Of a DNA stretch of 64,000 nt, positions 22,408-48,135 are shown piece after piece. The DNA is from the human T2T-CHM13v2.0 reference genome, Homo sapiens. The stretch is from NCBI RefSeq assembly GCF_009914755.1, contig NC_060943.1, one strand, 5' to 3'. Each line of letters opens with the position of its first letter. Positions within the stretch are counted from its first letter, which is position 1. The notes beneath the pieces are model-generated. The model made no database searches, was not told the origin of the DNA, and saw only the letters and a list, made by a program, of their open reading frames with translations. The position numbers and the translations under genes were made by a program.

Positions 22408-23240
22408 GCAGTAGGCAAAAGAGTAGACCCACTGGGCACAGTGGCTCATGCCTGTAATCCCAGCACTTTGGGAGGCTGAAGCGGGTAGATCACCTGAGCT
22501 CAGGAGTTCAAGACCAGCCTGGGAAACATGGCAAAACCCCATCTCTACTAAAAATACAAAAATTAACCGGGCTTGGTGGCTCACGCCTGTAATCCCAGCT
22601 ACTCAAGAGGCTGAGGCACAAGAATCATTTGAACCCAGGAGGCAGAAGTTGCAGTGAGCCGAGATCATGCCACTGCACTCCAGCCTGGGTGACAGAGCGA
22701 GACTCCATCTCAAAAAGAGTGGACCCACCGAAAAATGTTCATGCCCTAATCCCTGGAACCTGTGAATATATTACTTTACGTGGCCAAAGCGATTTTGCAG
22801 ATGTAACTAAGAATACAGACCTTGAGATGGGGAGATTATCCTGGATTATCTGGGGTGGGCCCAATCTAATCACTTCAGCCCTTAAGAGCACAGAACCTTT
22901 CTAGCTGCAGAGAGCGGGCAACGTTGGAGGACGGGTCAGAGAGAGATGCAACCCGCAAATGCTGACTTTAAAGGTAGAGGAAGGGGGCATGAGCCGAGGG
23001 ATGAGACCGCCTCCAGAAGCGGGCAACGACCCTCAGTTTAGAACCAGTGAAGAAAATGGGACCTGAGTCTTACAACTACCACCTTCTGCCAACACCCCAA
23101 AATAGGAAACAGATTCTCCCCTGGAGCCCCCAGAAAGGAATGCAGCCTGCTTACACCTTGATTTTCATCCGGTGAAACCCACATCAGATTTCTGACCTGC
23201 ATAAGGTAATAAATGTATGTCCTTTAAGCCGGCAAGTTTG
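22408..23240 (+). mobile_element. MaLR LTR (MLT1C/D-like) interrupted by an Alu
   Basis: CCTAATCCCTGGAACCTGTGAATAT...GAGATGGGGAGATTATCCTGGATTATC hallmark; Alu TSD AAAAGAGT(A/G)GACCCA. Confidence 0.8.
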
Positions 23241-24008
<768 letters not shown>

Positions 24009-25089
24009 CACAGTACCACGTAATAACCAGTGATGAAGGGCTTTGGACAGGTGCTGCTCTCAACATATCTGTACTGATAAGCTCAGTCTTCCTAACACCC
24101 CTGTCGAGCAGGCAGCCCCACCCCCTTTTTATAGATGAAACACCAAGGCACCAAGAAGTTCAATAACTTAGCCATACGGCTGGCAAGTAGGGCGGCATTT
24201 GAAACCCAGCAGTCTGTACCCCTAGAATTCTACCACAGGGGAGCAAAACAAAAGAGGTAAGTCAATTTTGCCTTATTCAGTATGTACTCAGTAGTAGCCA
24301 AGGAACTGGAGTTAAGGAGTTCAAGACCTAGCTTAATCCCATCACAGAATGACTAGCAGTAAGAAAGCTGTGGTAGTTACGAAAGCTAATCAGTTGTGCA
24401 AAGGAGTCTGCTAGCATCAGTGTTAATCCAGGCTGTACAGGGGAAGAGCTGGCATGCAAGCATTTGAGTCTACTGTGCTCCAAGCTGCAGATACAGTGAA
24501 TACGGCAGACACGCTCTGGTAACAGACCCTGAAATAATCACTAATTTCAGTGTTATAATGGCACCATGCGGGATACACCGACAAAATTCAACACTCTTTA
24601 TTGTGGAGAAGCAAGCCTAGCTGTCTGAGAGCAGGCTTAAGAATGAATTAAAAGGCCAGGCACGGTGGCTCATGCCTGTAATCCCAACACTTTGCGGGGC
24701 TGAGGCAGGCGAATCACTTGAGTCCAGGAGTTCAACACCAGCCTGGCCAACACGGTAAACCCCGGTTTCTACTAAAAATAAGAAAAAGTTAGCCGGGCGT
24801 GGTGGCACATGCCTGTAATCCCAGCTACTCAGGAGGCTAAGGCAGGAGAATCACTTGAACCCGGGAGGGGGAGGTTGCAGTGAGCCAAGTTCGCACCACT
24901 GCACTCCAGCCTGGGCGACAGCACAAGACTCTGTCTCAAAAATAAAATAAAATAAAATAAAATAAAATAAAATAAAATAAAATAAAAACAATGAACCGGC
25001 TGGACACCATCATACCTGTAATCCCAGCATTTTGGGAGGCTAAGATAAGTGGATCACTTGAGATCAAGAGTTTGAAACCAGCCTGGTCA

Positions 25090-25470
<381 letters not shown>

Positions 25471-26992
25471 TCAAGTACTGTTGGATACCATGTTTATTTT
25501 TCATTTAATGAAATATTTTCAAAATGTAAAAAAAAAAAAAAAAGTCTGTGGAGTGAGTCATATAAACTACAATTTCAATGTCTACCACATGGTCAAAAGC
25601 AGTCCTCCAAAACTCCAATGCCTACAGTGAAGCAATCTGAGTGTAAAGAAATGTGGAACCCAGGGTCAGTGGTGGATTGTAAGGCTCACCTAATGGTATT
25701 CCAATTCAGCCAAACAAAATATTTGCACAGGGCCAACAGAGCCCCTGAGCCAGTGGCCTACTGGCAACCCCTGTTGAAGGGAAAGGCTTTGGCAAGCAGC
25801 AGACCTTAGCAGGAATTCCTGCTTCCTGGCAGTTAACTCCTGCAGCATCCACTTTTAAGAACTCTTGAGGAATAATGGCCGGGCCCTGTGGCTCACGCCT
25901 GTAATCTCAGCCCTTTGGGAGGCCAACGCAGAGGATTGCTTCAGTCCAGGAGTTCAAGACCAGCCTGGGCAACAAAGCAAGACCCTCATCTCTAAAAAAA
26001 AAAATTTTTTTTTTTTCTGAGACAGAGTTTCGCTCCTGTTGCCCAGGCTGGAGTGCAACGGTGCAATCTCGGCTCCTGGGTTCAAGCGATTATCCTGCCT
26101 CAGCCTCCCGAGTAGCTGCGATTACAGGCACCTGCCACCATACCTGGCTAATTTTTTTGTATTTTTAGTAGAGATGGGGTTTCGCCACGTTGGCCAGGCT
26201 GGTCTCAAACTCCTGACCTCAGGTGATCTGCCCATCTCAGCCTCCCAAAGTGCTGGGATTACAGACGTGAGCCACCGCGCCCAGCCTTCTAAAAAATTTT
26301 TTAAGGATTAACTTGGGCATGGTGGCATGTGCCAGCCACTCAGGAGGCTAAGGCAGGAGGATTGCTTGAGCTCAGGGGTTCAAGGCTGCAGTAAGCCATG
26401 ACTGTGCCACTGCATTCCAGCCTGGGTGACACAGTGAGATCCTGTCTCTTAAAAAAAAACTGAAAAAAACAAGCTAAGTTAGCCACTAGCATGTGAACCT
26501 TTATGTGCCATGCATATTCTCATTTAACCCAATACCAGCTGAAAACCCATGTCATTATTCCTAGACTATGGATATAGAGGTGGCATACGCTTGTTTAAGG
26601 TCATTGAGCCAGTGGAGGTCATGTTTTCAAGAAGGCTGGGCAGGCTGGGCATGGTGGCTCACACCCGTAATCCCAACACTTTGGGAAGCTGAGGCAGGAG
26701 GATCGCTTGAGGCCAGGAATCGAAGACCAGCCTGAGCAACATGGCAAGACCCCATCTCTACAAAATAAAAAAAAGGAATAAAAAAGGAAGGCCGGGCCCA
26801 AACTTCTCTGAATTGGGTGTAACATCATGAAGCCAGGCACTTTCATAATTTCACTTCCATTCCATTTTAAATCAAGTTTTATTTTGGGAGAATACTGGCA
26901 CAGATGATTCAAGAAGATATATACCCACTAACTGGTTAAGAAGTGGTTTGACTATAATCCCAGCACTTTGGGAGGCGGAGGCAGGTGGATCA

Positions 26993-27265
<273 letters not shown>

Positions 27266-28399
27266 CTAACCTTTGGGACACAAAGGCAGGAGGACTGCTT
27301 GAGGGCAGGGGTTTAAGACCAGCCTGGGCAATATGGTGAAACCTCACGTATACAGAAACAAAAACTAAGAAAGTCATCTGGGCATGGTGGTGGGCGCCTG
27401 TGGTCCCAGCTACTCAGGAGGCTGAGGATCCCTTAAGCCCAGGAGTTCAAGGCTACAGTGAGTTATAATTGTGCCAGGGCACTCCAGCCTGGACAACAGA
27501 GTGAGACCCATCTCTAAAAATAAAAAGTGTTTCTTTTTTTGAGACAGGGTCTCACTCTGTCACCCAGGCTGGAGTGCAATAGCGCGATCTCAGCTCGCTA
27601 CACACAGCCTCAACCTCTGGGGCTCAAGTGATACTCCCACCTTAGTCTGTTGAGTAGTTGGGACCACAGGCGCACGGCACTACTCCAGGCTAATTTTTGT
27701 ATTTTTAGTAGACATGGGGTTTTGCCTTGTTGCCCAGGCTGGTCTCAAACTCCTGGCTCAAGAGATTCGTCCGCCACTGCCTCCCAAATTGCTGGGATTA
27801 CAGGCATAAGCCACAGCACCCAGCCTTCAAAAAAAAAAAAAAAAAGAAAAGAAAAAAAGCGGGGGTTGAACCAAATATCCATCCCTCCCCAAAGACCCAA
27901 ATCAGAACCGGACTGGCCCAACCAGGTCAGTTAACAAGCCTAAGGAAATAGAAAAATGGCAAAGAGTGCTTTCACAAATCCAGCTGGAAGTGTCCACGCC
28001 TGGTGAGGGTTCCTCTGACTCACGCACACCTCACTTGAACAAGTTTTCAGGAATGAACTGATGGCGTTCATGAACAAGGGGCTGGGACCAGTGCTCCCAC
28101 TGATCCTTGTGCACGGAAGTTGGACAGAGGCATGAACTGCTAAAGCCAGGGCCTCCAACATTAGACACACACTAAAGAACACACCCATGAACACACACAA
28201 ACACACACGAAAGTGTAGCCAGTTCTCATTAGCAAGACTTCCCTGATGCCCACGGCTCACAGGCACAGATTTACAGGAAAAGACCAACCATGCAGCCTTC
28301 ACGCTTCCCGGGCCCTGCGCTGCAATGCACGGTTAAAGTTCCTGCCAAAACATGGACTTTCCCAAGGAGCAAGAACCACACAGTCCCAACTGACAGAAT

Positions 28400-29362
<963 letters not shown>

Positions 29363-30027
29363 TCATTCATTCTTTCAGGTGTGATGGGGATAAAGCAGCG
29401 AGAAGCCCCCAAGGGTTTGTGAGAGCCCTTGAGTAAAGTCCTCAGTTCCAATCCAACCTCCATCTATTTGCTGGCTATACGACCTTAGGTGGGTCACTAC
29501 GGCTCAGCCTCTGTGTCCTCATCTGTAAAACGGGGTAATTGCACCTACTCTAGAAAATCTTGAGTATACACAGAATTTGTAGCTAGTACCAAGAATCTCA
29601 CAGTGTATAGAGGCCCATGCCACTTCTATACCCAGTGTGTGGGGGGTTTTTTGTTGCCTTTTTTAAGCACCACGTGGCTCACGCCTGTCATCCCAGCACT
29701 TTGGGAGGCCAGGGTGGGAGGATCGCTTGAGCCCAGGAGTTTTAGACCAGCCTAGGTAACATAGAGAAACTGCATCTCAAAAAAAAAAAAAAAAAAAAGA
29801 AAGAAAGAAAGAAAAAAAGAAAAACAAAAATTAGCTAGTCGTTGTGGCATGTGCCCATAGTCCAAACTACTCCAGAGGTTGAGGCAGGAAGATCACTTGA
29901 ACCGGAGAGGCAGAGGTTGCAGTGAGCCATGATTGTACCACTACATTCCAGCCTGGGAGACAGAGCAAGACCTTGTCTCAAAAAAATAAAAATAAAAAGT
30001 AAGAATAAATTAAGAAGCACCATGTCA

Positions 30028-30490
<463 letters not shown>

Positions 30491-30607
30491 TAGTCTGGGA
30501 CTCCTAGCCTCAAGCAGTCCACTTGCCTCAGCCTCCCAAAGTGCTGGGATTATAGGCCTAAGCCACCGTAACCAGCCAGAATTTTTTTTTTTTTTAAAGC
30601 ACCAGAA

Positions 30608-33345
<2,738 letters not shown>

Positions 33346-33387
33346 TAAGTTTTTTTCTTTTTTTTTTTCTTTTTTTTTTTTTTTTGA

Positions 33388-33660
<273 letters not shown>

Positions 33661-34411
33661 TAGCCCTAAAAAGTACTTTACCTTCAACCACAAGAAGCAC
33701 CAGAAAGGAGTTTAAAATTAGGGCATACTTTTACATTTTTGTATTGCAAAATATTTGTATTATAAAATTCACAAGTGAATGTGTTTATATGCATGTACAT
33801 ATACATGCACACACAGTTCCCCCAACAGCTGGTAGGGAAGGGTCATCCTGGCCAGAAGTGAACCTTCACACAGACCCTCCATTTGCTATGAATTGCTCAC
33901 ACTTGGCAGGACCCAGGAAGACTGAATAATAAGACTAAAATTCCCAGCGATTAATATTGAATCAGCACTTACGTAGTCTACCAGGCTCTTTAGATAACTT
34001 TTTCTTTTTCAATTTTTTTTTTTTAATAGAGACAGGGTCTTACTATGTTGCCCAGGCTGGTCTTGAACTCTTGAGCTCAAGCAATTACAGGCATGAGCCA
34101 CTGTGCCTGGGGCTTTTTGTTTTTGTTGTTTGTTTTTTGTTTTTGAGACTGAGTCTCGCTCTGTAGCCCAGGTTGGAGTGCAGTGGTGCGATCTCGGCTG
34201 ACTGCAAGCTCCGCCTCCCGGGTTCACGCCATTCTCCTGCCTCAGTCTCCTGAGTAGCTGGGATTACAGGTGCCCGCCACCAAGCCCAGCTAATTTTTTG
34301 TTTATTTTTAGTAGAGACGAGGTTTCACTATGTTGGCCAGACCGGCGTCTAACTCCTGACCTCGTGATCTGCCTGCCTCGGCCTCCCAAATTGCTGGGAT
34401 TACAGGCGTGA

Positions 34412-34945
<534 letters not shown>

Positions 34946-35719
34946 TAATTTAATCCTTAACCATAAAAGGTAGGTAGCAGGACCCTGTTTGCCATGGCCT
35001 GAAATATTCATCACATAGGACTCTCAGAGGCCACTTACTCAAGATCATAGACTCACTCAGCAGTACGGACCATGAATCCAGCTGTCTTTCATCCAGAACC
35101 TGAGGGCAAAACAGTGGCCCCAGGGATGGCCAGTTGTCCAGGCCATGGGAGACCAAAGGGATAGCACTTGAAGGAAGCTGGACTAGGGTAGGAACAGAAA
35201 GGGAATGACAGAAGACAGTCTCACCAGAGTGAACCTTAGGCCCATAAACCTGTCAGAACCCATGATCAGGGCCCCTAACCCACCTTAGAGCCAGGGGAGG
35301 AAATAAGAAGAGGGGACAGATGAACAGACCTCCTACTCAGGGACTTCAACGCAAGGAGACCAGCTGCATTTATTGGAGACTTCCTCTAAGCTAGATTTCC
35401 TTTGTAACAGCATTGTCAACCTTGTCAGGAAGAGATAGCTTGACCCATCTTCCAGATATGGGGAAAAAACTCAGATATGGAAACGATTTGCCTTAAGGGT
35501 ACCCTGCAAGTTGGAATTTGCTTCCAAGTTGTCTGGGCAAAAAATCCAGGCATCTCCTTTCATGCCTCTCCTTGCCTCACATGCAAAACATGAGCAAGCT
35601 CTGCTGGTTCTTCCTCTAAAATATAAGCCAAGTCTTTCTACTTATCCACGCTCCTGCTACCCCAGCCCAAACTGCCATCATCACTCACCTGGACTTCATT
35701 CTAGAAGCCTCCTCCCTGA

Positions 35720-35999
<280 letters not shown>

Positions 36000-36009
36000 T
36001 GACCTGTGA

Positions 36010-36316
<307 letters not shown>

Positions 36317-36741
36317 TGATCCACTCGCCTCAGCCTCCCAAAGTACTGGGATTATAGGTGTGAGCTACGTGTCCGGCCTTTTTTTAAACAACAACAACAG
36401 CAACCCAGCTAGGGTCTCACTGTCACCACAGGCTGGAGTACAGTGACATGATCATAGCTCACTACAGCCTCAAACTCCTGGGCTCAAGCAATCCTCCTAC
36501 CTTAGCCTCCCAAAGCACTGGGATTACAGGCACGAGCCACTGCACCTGGCCCTGAGAAATGTTTACAAAAATAAATTGGAACATGCCATCCCCTTCTTCA
36601 CCACTAAAACCTTCCAGAACTTCCCATTGTTCTTGAAATAAAATCTAAGCATTTTACTATTTTTACAGGGTCCTGTTTGGGTGAGTCTTATTCCTCCCTT
36701 CACTGAGCACCAGTTTTGGGGTGTTTTTTTTTTTTTTTTGA

Positions 36742-37213
<472 letters not shown>

Positions 37214-37552
37214 TAGAGACAGGGTCTTGCTATGTTGCCCAGGCTGGTCTTGAACTCCTGGGCTCAAGCGATTCTCCTGCCTCAGCCTCCCAAAGTACTG
37301 GGATTACAAGTATGAGCCACTGCCCCTGGCCTCTCAAGTTCTTAAGTGCCCCAAAGCCTTTGTTTTTGCTGCCACTTCTGCCCAAATCAACCTTCTGGAA
37401 GATTCACACAGCTCAACGTTGCCTCAAAACAGAGGCTTCCCCAGACCACTGGGAAGCAACCCTTTACCCACCTAGTCATGCTTTACTATTACTGTTTTTT
37501 CGTAGCATTTACCACTGTCAAAGATTCTTTTTTTTTTTTTTTTCTTTCTTAG

Positions 37553-37651
<99 letters not shown>

Positions 37652-37880
37652 TGAGTGGCTGGGATTCCAGGCACCCACCACCTGGCTAATTTTTTGTATT
37701 TTTTTAGTAGAGACGGGGGTTTCACCATGTTGGCCAGGCTGGTCTCGAACTCCTGACCTCAGGTGATCTGCCTGCCTCCGCCTCCCAAAGTGCTAGGATT
37801 ACAGGTGTAAGCCACTGCACCCAGCCTGAGATTTTCTTATTTACTATCTATCGTAATCTGTCTGTCCCACAAGAACAAAG

Positions 37881-38315
<435 letters not shown>

Positions 38316-38372
38316 TCACACCTGTAATCCCAGCACTTTGGGAGGCCAAGGCAGGCAGATCACCTGAGGTCA

Positions 38373-38591
<219 letters not shown>

Positions 38592-38897
38592 TCAAAAATT
38601 AGCCGTGTGTGGTGTCATGCACCTGTAGTTCCAGCTACTCAGGAGGCTGAGACAGGAGAATTGCTTGAACCCGGGAGGCGGAGGTTGCAGTGAGCCAAGA
38701 TCACAACACTGCACTCCAACCTGGGCGACAGAGCGAGACCCTGTCTCAAAATAAATAAAAGTAAAGTTGTTTTTCCCCCAACAACAGTGTCATTTCCATT
38801 TCACAAACAGAAACCCAAACCAGATCAGGTTACAAACCTAGTTTTGTCTCCAGTTCCTGGGTCATTTGCTTTGTTCACTTGACCACTAGAAATCTCA

Positions 38898-39553
<656 letters not shown>

Positions 39554-39580
39554 TAACACAGTGAAACCCCATCTCTACTA

Positions 39581-39808
<228 letters not shown>

Positions 39809-40163
39809 TTACCTGAGAGAAGGAAGTGGAGCCTCTAAAAGAAAACAGGTACAGATTTCATGGGCATTCACTCTGCCTCCACCTCTCAGCCTCCAAAGTC
39901 ACATTTCCTAATATGCCACAAGACAGACTTGCCAGGCCAGGCATGGTGGTTCATGCCTGTGATCCCAGCGCTTTGGGAAGCTGGGGCAGGATTGCTTAAG
40001 GACAGGAATTTGAGGCTGCAGTGAGCTATAATCATGCTACTGCACTCTAGCCTGGGCAACAGAGTAAGTCCACATCTCTAAAAAACAAAAAATAAATTTA
40101 GGCCGGGCACGGTGGCTCATGCCTGTAATCCCAGCACACTGGGAGGCCAAGGCAAGTGAATCA

Positions 40164-40574
<411 letters not shown>

Positions 40575-41226
40575 TCATCCCAGACACCGTGCTCAGTGCC
40601 AGGCCCATCAGAGGCCCTGGGCAGGAACAGCAGCACTCAGTAACAATGGGGACACTTTACCACCCTTACCCTGGAAGGGCCTCAGAAGCACTCTCTCCAG
40701 GCTCGACTTGCCTAAGCTAGGAATCAGATCTGCAGAAACCCAAGTCCCATAGCGTGTGCTGGGTAGAGCCGCCTACTCCTCGTGGGGCCTTTGAGCAGGC
40801 AGACAGCTCTCTGTTGGGGATCACAAGAGGCTTGCTGCCAAGCCCTGTGGGTTTTTCCTTCAAAGAGCCCTTGAGTCAGCTGATCTGCCCCTCCTGGGCC
40901 CCTGGCCCAGGTCACCCTCACCTTTCTGCTGGATGCCTGCCCAGCCTCATTCCTGGGCTGCTACTTGGCCCCCTCACCATCCATTCACCACGGAAGAAGT
41001 TCATCAGAACCCAAATCTGATCATGTTAGCTCCTCCCTACCTCACCGAATCCCCTGAATGGCTTCTCAGGGCTCTTAGGGTAAACCCAACCCTACCTTCT
41101 CCGCTGCAGCCCACAAGGCCTCAGTGCCCAGCCCTGTCTTGTCCTTTCAGCTCCTGCTGCCCACCTATTAACCCACTCCACTTGAGCCACATCATGGACA
41201 GTTCCAGCCTCTTTCTGCCTAAGACG

Positions 41227-41690
41227 TGTGGTGGCCAGCCTCCAAGAAGGCCCTCAATGTCTCTTGCCTCTTGGTATTCATGCCCTGCCAAGCCTTCTTC
41301 CATAGTCAGGGCCAGTTTATGTGGCCAAGAGAAGGTGAGTGACTTCCAAGGCTAGATCATAAAAGGCATTGCAGCACCACCTTGTGTTCCCCAGGAAACC
41401 AGCCGCCATATTGTAAGGATGCTCAAACAGCCCTGCAGGGAGGCCCATAGGAAGAGAAACCAATTTATCAGCCAGGTGAGTGAGCCATATTGGAAGTAGC
41501 TGCACTCCAGCCCCCATCAGACCTGCAGATGGGTGGAACCACGGATGATATGTGACTGTAACCTCATGAGAGACCCCTAACAGAGCTGCTCCCAAATTCC
41601 CAGCCCACAGAAACCACAGGATATAATGCATGGGTGTTGTTCTGAGCCACTGGGGTTTGAGGCTTGTTGTTAATGCAGCCATAGATATGT
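41227..41690 (+). mobile_element. MaLR LTR (MLT1F-like)
   Basis: TGTGGTGGCCAGCCTCCAAG start, GGTATTCATGCCCT, CTCATGAGAGACCCC, GCAGCCATAGAT end. Confidence 0.7.
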
Positions 41691-42089
41691 ATTGCAAGGC
41701 TTCTGCATGTGCTGTTTCCTTAGCTTGGAAAGTCCTATTCTACACGCCCAGTTCTCCTGCTTGGATAATCTACAATTATTCTCCCTATTGTGGCTCAACC
41801 ATGACCTCCTTCAAGGAGCCTTTCCTGACCTCCCCTAGCCCTTTCAGGTCTTTGTTCCATGGTCTTTTAGAAGTCAGGCCCTTTCTTTCAGAGCCTTTAC
41901 CCCAGCTGTTGATCATATATTTTGAGATTTACATCAGCCATACCCCCACCGATGCCCAGTGTGTAGCAAAGCACCCAGGATGTAGTTAGCACCCAATAAA
42001 GTGTTATGGAGCCCTACACAGATGAGAGAGGGTACGAAGCCTGTTCTTCCCACATTAAATGCTCAGTTTACAAATATCCATCAAAATTA

Positions 42090-42578
<489 letters not shown>

Positions 42579-44005
42579 TCACACCACTGTGCTCCCACCT
42601 GGGTGACAGAGTAAGACCCTGTCTCAAAAAAAAAAAGACAACTCAGACACATCACATATCTAAATACGAAAGCAAAGTCAGGAAAGCTTTTGAAATAAAA
42701 CACAGAACATCTATGTGACTTGTGGACAAGCAAGTGTTTCTTCGGCAGGACACAAAGCACATTAATAAAAGAAAATATGCTGGACTCTATGAAAATGAGT
42801 TTTTGGGTTTTTTTTTTTTTTTGAGACAGGGTCTCACTGTCTCCCAGGTTGGAGTGTAGTGGTGCAATCACAGCTTACTGCAATGTTGGACTCCTGGGCT
42901 CAAGTGATCCTCTCACCTCAGCCTCCAGAGTAGCTAGTAGCTGGGGCTATAGGTATGCACCACCACACCTGGCTAATTTTTTTTTTTTTTGGTCGACACA
43001 GGGTCTTACTATGTTGCCCAGGCAGGTCTTGACCTCCTGGCCTCAAGTGACCCTTCCACCTTGGCCTTCCAAAGTGCTGGGATAACAAGTGTGAGCCACC
43101 ATGCCCAGCTGAAAATGAGTTTTGGTTCATCAAAAGATGCCATTAAAAAGGAAGCCACAGACAGCCGGGCACGGTGGCTCACGCCTGTAATCACAGCACT
43201 TTGGGAGGTCGAGGCGGGTGGATCATGATGTCAAGAGCTTGAGACCATCCTGGCCAACATGGTGAAACCCTGCCTCTACTAAAAATACAAAAGTTAGCCA
43301 GGCGCAGTAGTGGGCACCAGTAATCCCAGATACTTGGGAGGCTGAGGCAGAATTGCTTAACCCAGGAGGCGGAGGTTGCAGTGAGCCGAGATCGCGCCAC
43401 TGCACTCCAGCCTGGGTGAGAGAGCAAGACTCCATCTCAAACAAAAAAAGAAAAGCCACAGACATACGTCTGACAAAAGACTCATACCTATAATACATAT
43501 AGAACTCCTTCAACTTAATGACAATCACTTTTTTACCAAGTGGCTAAAAGAGCTAAATAGGCACTTCACAAAAGAGGATGCCCAGATGGCCAAGGCTAAC
43601 GTGGGAAGCTGCTCAACTTCATTAGTCATCAGGGAAATGCAAACTCAATCTGCAATACAATATCACCCTCACACGCACACACACAAATGAAAAAAAAATT
43701 TTTTTCAAGTATTGGCAAAACCAGAACTCTTCTATGCTGCTGGAGGAAGTCTCAAATGGTATAGCCGCTTTGGAAAATGATTTGGCAACATTTGCTAAAG
43801 CCAAGTCTACTGCTGCCCAGGACCCACCAATCCCATGCCTGGAATGAGTGTATATATCTACCAATTGACATGAACAAGGAATGTTCATAATAGTTTACTC
43901 ACAATAGCCAAAAGCTGAAGACAACATGAACAATAATAGAACAGATAAATAGTTACTTATTCACATGGAATATTATACACAAGGGTCATAAACTTTCTTT
44001 TTTAG

Positions 44006-44200
<195 letters not shown>

Positions 44201-44243
44201 TGAGCCACTGCACCCAGCAAAAAATAAAAAAAATCAAAATTTA

Positions 44244-44592
<349 letters not shown>

Positions 44593-44916
44593 TCAACTCT
44601 TCCCAGCCTCCTTCTGCCTGCCAGGGTCCATGACATGGCCATTGTCCATGAAAGCCACAAGCCCTAGAGAAAAAATGCCAGTTACAGGCCAGAGACTTGC
44701 CCACCTCCTGGAGAATGACGTGAAAATACACAGCGTCTGCTCCTGAACTGCAAAGAAAGTTTCCCTGTCTACACTGCGGTGAGCAGGAATAAAAGCTAGG
44801 CCTGCCCTGGCCTTAAATTAAGCCAGAGGGATGTCACGTGAGGAGACTCCTTCCTGGAAAAGACCACCAATTAACCACAGCTGATTCTCCAAAAGCAATC
44901 TGCAAGTTGGGGATCA

Positions 44917-45285
<369 letters not shown>

Positions 45286-45459
45286 TTATAGATGAGGCCA
45301 GCTGACAGTTGTCATGTGCCATCCCCAAAAGCTACTTGGGTTGTTGAGTGTGGGATGTGAGATTCAAATCTGCTTTTCCTAACTTGATAGTATGCACTTT
45401 TAACAGTTATGCCACCACAATTGCCGACAACAATGAATCACATCCGACCCACTTCATTT

Positions 45460-45590
45460 CCCTTTTTTTGGACAGATTTGTCTATTCTTGGATAAGACAT
45501 TCAAGGAAGGGTGGTGGTATTGCTTTCTTTGAATTTCTTATCCGAGAATAGTTAAATCTGTCCAAAAAAAGGGGGAAGGTGGTGGTATTG
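45460..45590. repeat. 51-bp inverted repeat with 12-nt loop and a duplicated copy of the loop
   Basis: Arms 45460-45510 and 45523-45573; 45 of 51 positions are Watson-Crick complementary. Confidence 0.9.
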
Positions 45591-46335
45591 GGTGTCTGAA
45601 TTTTGGGCAAGTATGTCAGCTTTGTAGACAAATGGGAAAAAATGGCTAGATATGAGGATGGAGAGACGGTTTAGAAACCGTTTGTAGGTTTTTTGTTTGT
45701 TTGTTTGTTTGTTTGTTTTTAGAGAGGCAGTCTCACTCTACTGCCCAGGCTGGAGTGCAGTGGTGCCATCATAGCTCACTGCATCCTCCAACTCCTGGGT
45801 TCAAGTGATCCTCCTGCTTTGCCCTCCTGAATAGCTGGGACTATAGGTTCCTGCTACCATGCCCAACTAATTTTTAAGATTTTTTGTAGAGCTGGGGGTG
45901 TCTCACTGTGTTGCCCAGGCTAGTCTCGAATTCCTGGCCTCAAGCAATCTTCCCGCCTGAGCCTCCTAGAGCACTGGAATTACAGACATGGGCCACACCA
46001 CGCCCATCCAGAAACCCTTTGAAGACTGCTAATGAAACAACAGTTCCAGGCAATGGTTATCCATGGATGATCAAACCTTTAGGGAAACGCCAAGTGGGGA
46101 ATTTACAAAGGCATGGTCAGGCGGATGGCATCCGAATCCCTGGATCATTCTTAGTTATCAGTGAAAAGTGGAAAGAAAGGCCAGGCACAGTGGCTCATGA
46201 CTGTAATCCTAGCACTTTGGGAGGCTGAGGCAGAAGGATCACTTGAGCCCAGGAGTTCCAGACTAGCCTGGGCAACATAGTGAGACCTTGGTTCTACAGA
46301 AAGGTTTTTCGGTTTTTGTTTTGTTTTGCTTTTGA

Positions 46336-46506
<171 letters not shown>

Positions 46507-46726
46507 TAGACACAGAGTTTCACCATGTTGCCCAGGATGGCCTCCAACCTCTGTGCTCAAGCTATTTTCCCACCTCAGCCACCCAAAGTGCTGGGATTAC
46601 AGGAGTCAGCCACCACACCCTGCCCAAAAAAGGTATTGTAGCATTTTTTTAAGTGTTGCTACCTTTTAGAGATAAAAAAATGGAGTATTTACAAATGAAA
46701 TTATTTGAGGCCTCAGATTTGCTTCA

Positions 46727-47098
<372 letters not shown>

Positions 47099-47583
47099 TT
47101 ATAGAGTCTCCACATACCTCCCCACAAGAAACTTAATAATTACAAACCGGAAAGCAGTAACTTTATAGCAGAGACACGCTGGGGTCTTCCTGCCAAAAAG
47201 GCACAACCTGAATCTAATCATAAGGAAACAGCAGACAAACCCAAGTTGAAAGACATTCTGCCTAATAACTAACCTACATTTTGTTAAAACGTCAAGGTCG
47301 CAAAACACAAAAAGGCTCAGAAATTGATCTCCGTGAAAGAAACTAAAAAGACAACTGGAAACAACAACTGATCTGGGATTTTCTTTTGCTATAAAGGTCA
47401 GTGATGTGACAATGGGTGAAATCTAATTAGGTTTGCAGATTTTCTGCTTTTGATCATTTTACTGAGGTTATGTTAGAGAACGCCTTGTTCTGGCCAGGTG
47501 CGGTGGCTCACGCCTGTAATTCTAGCACTTTGGGAGGCTGAGGCAGGCGGATCACCTGAGGTCAGGAGTTTGAGACCAGTCTA

Positions 47584-47772
<189 letters not shown>

Positions 47773-47865
47773 TCAAAAAAAAAAAAAAAAATTGTTGAGA
47801 TGAGCCGGGCACGGTGGCTCATGCCTGTAATCCCAGCACTTTGGGAGGCCGAGACGGGCGGATCA

Positions 47866-48135
<270 letters not shown>

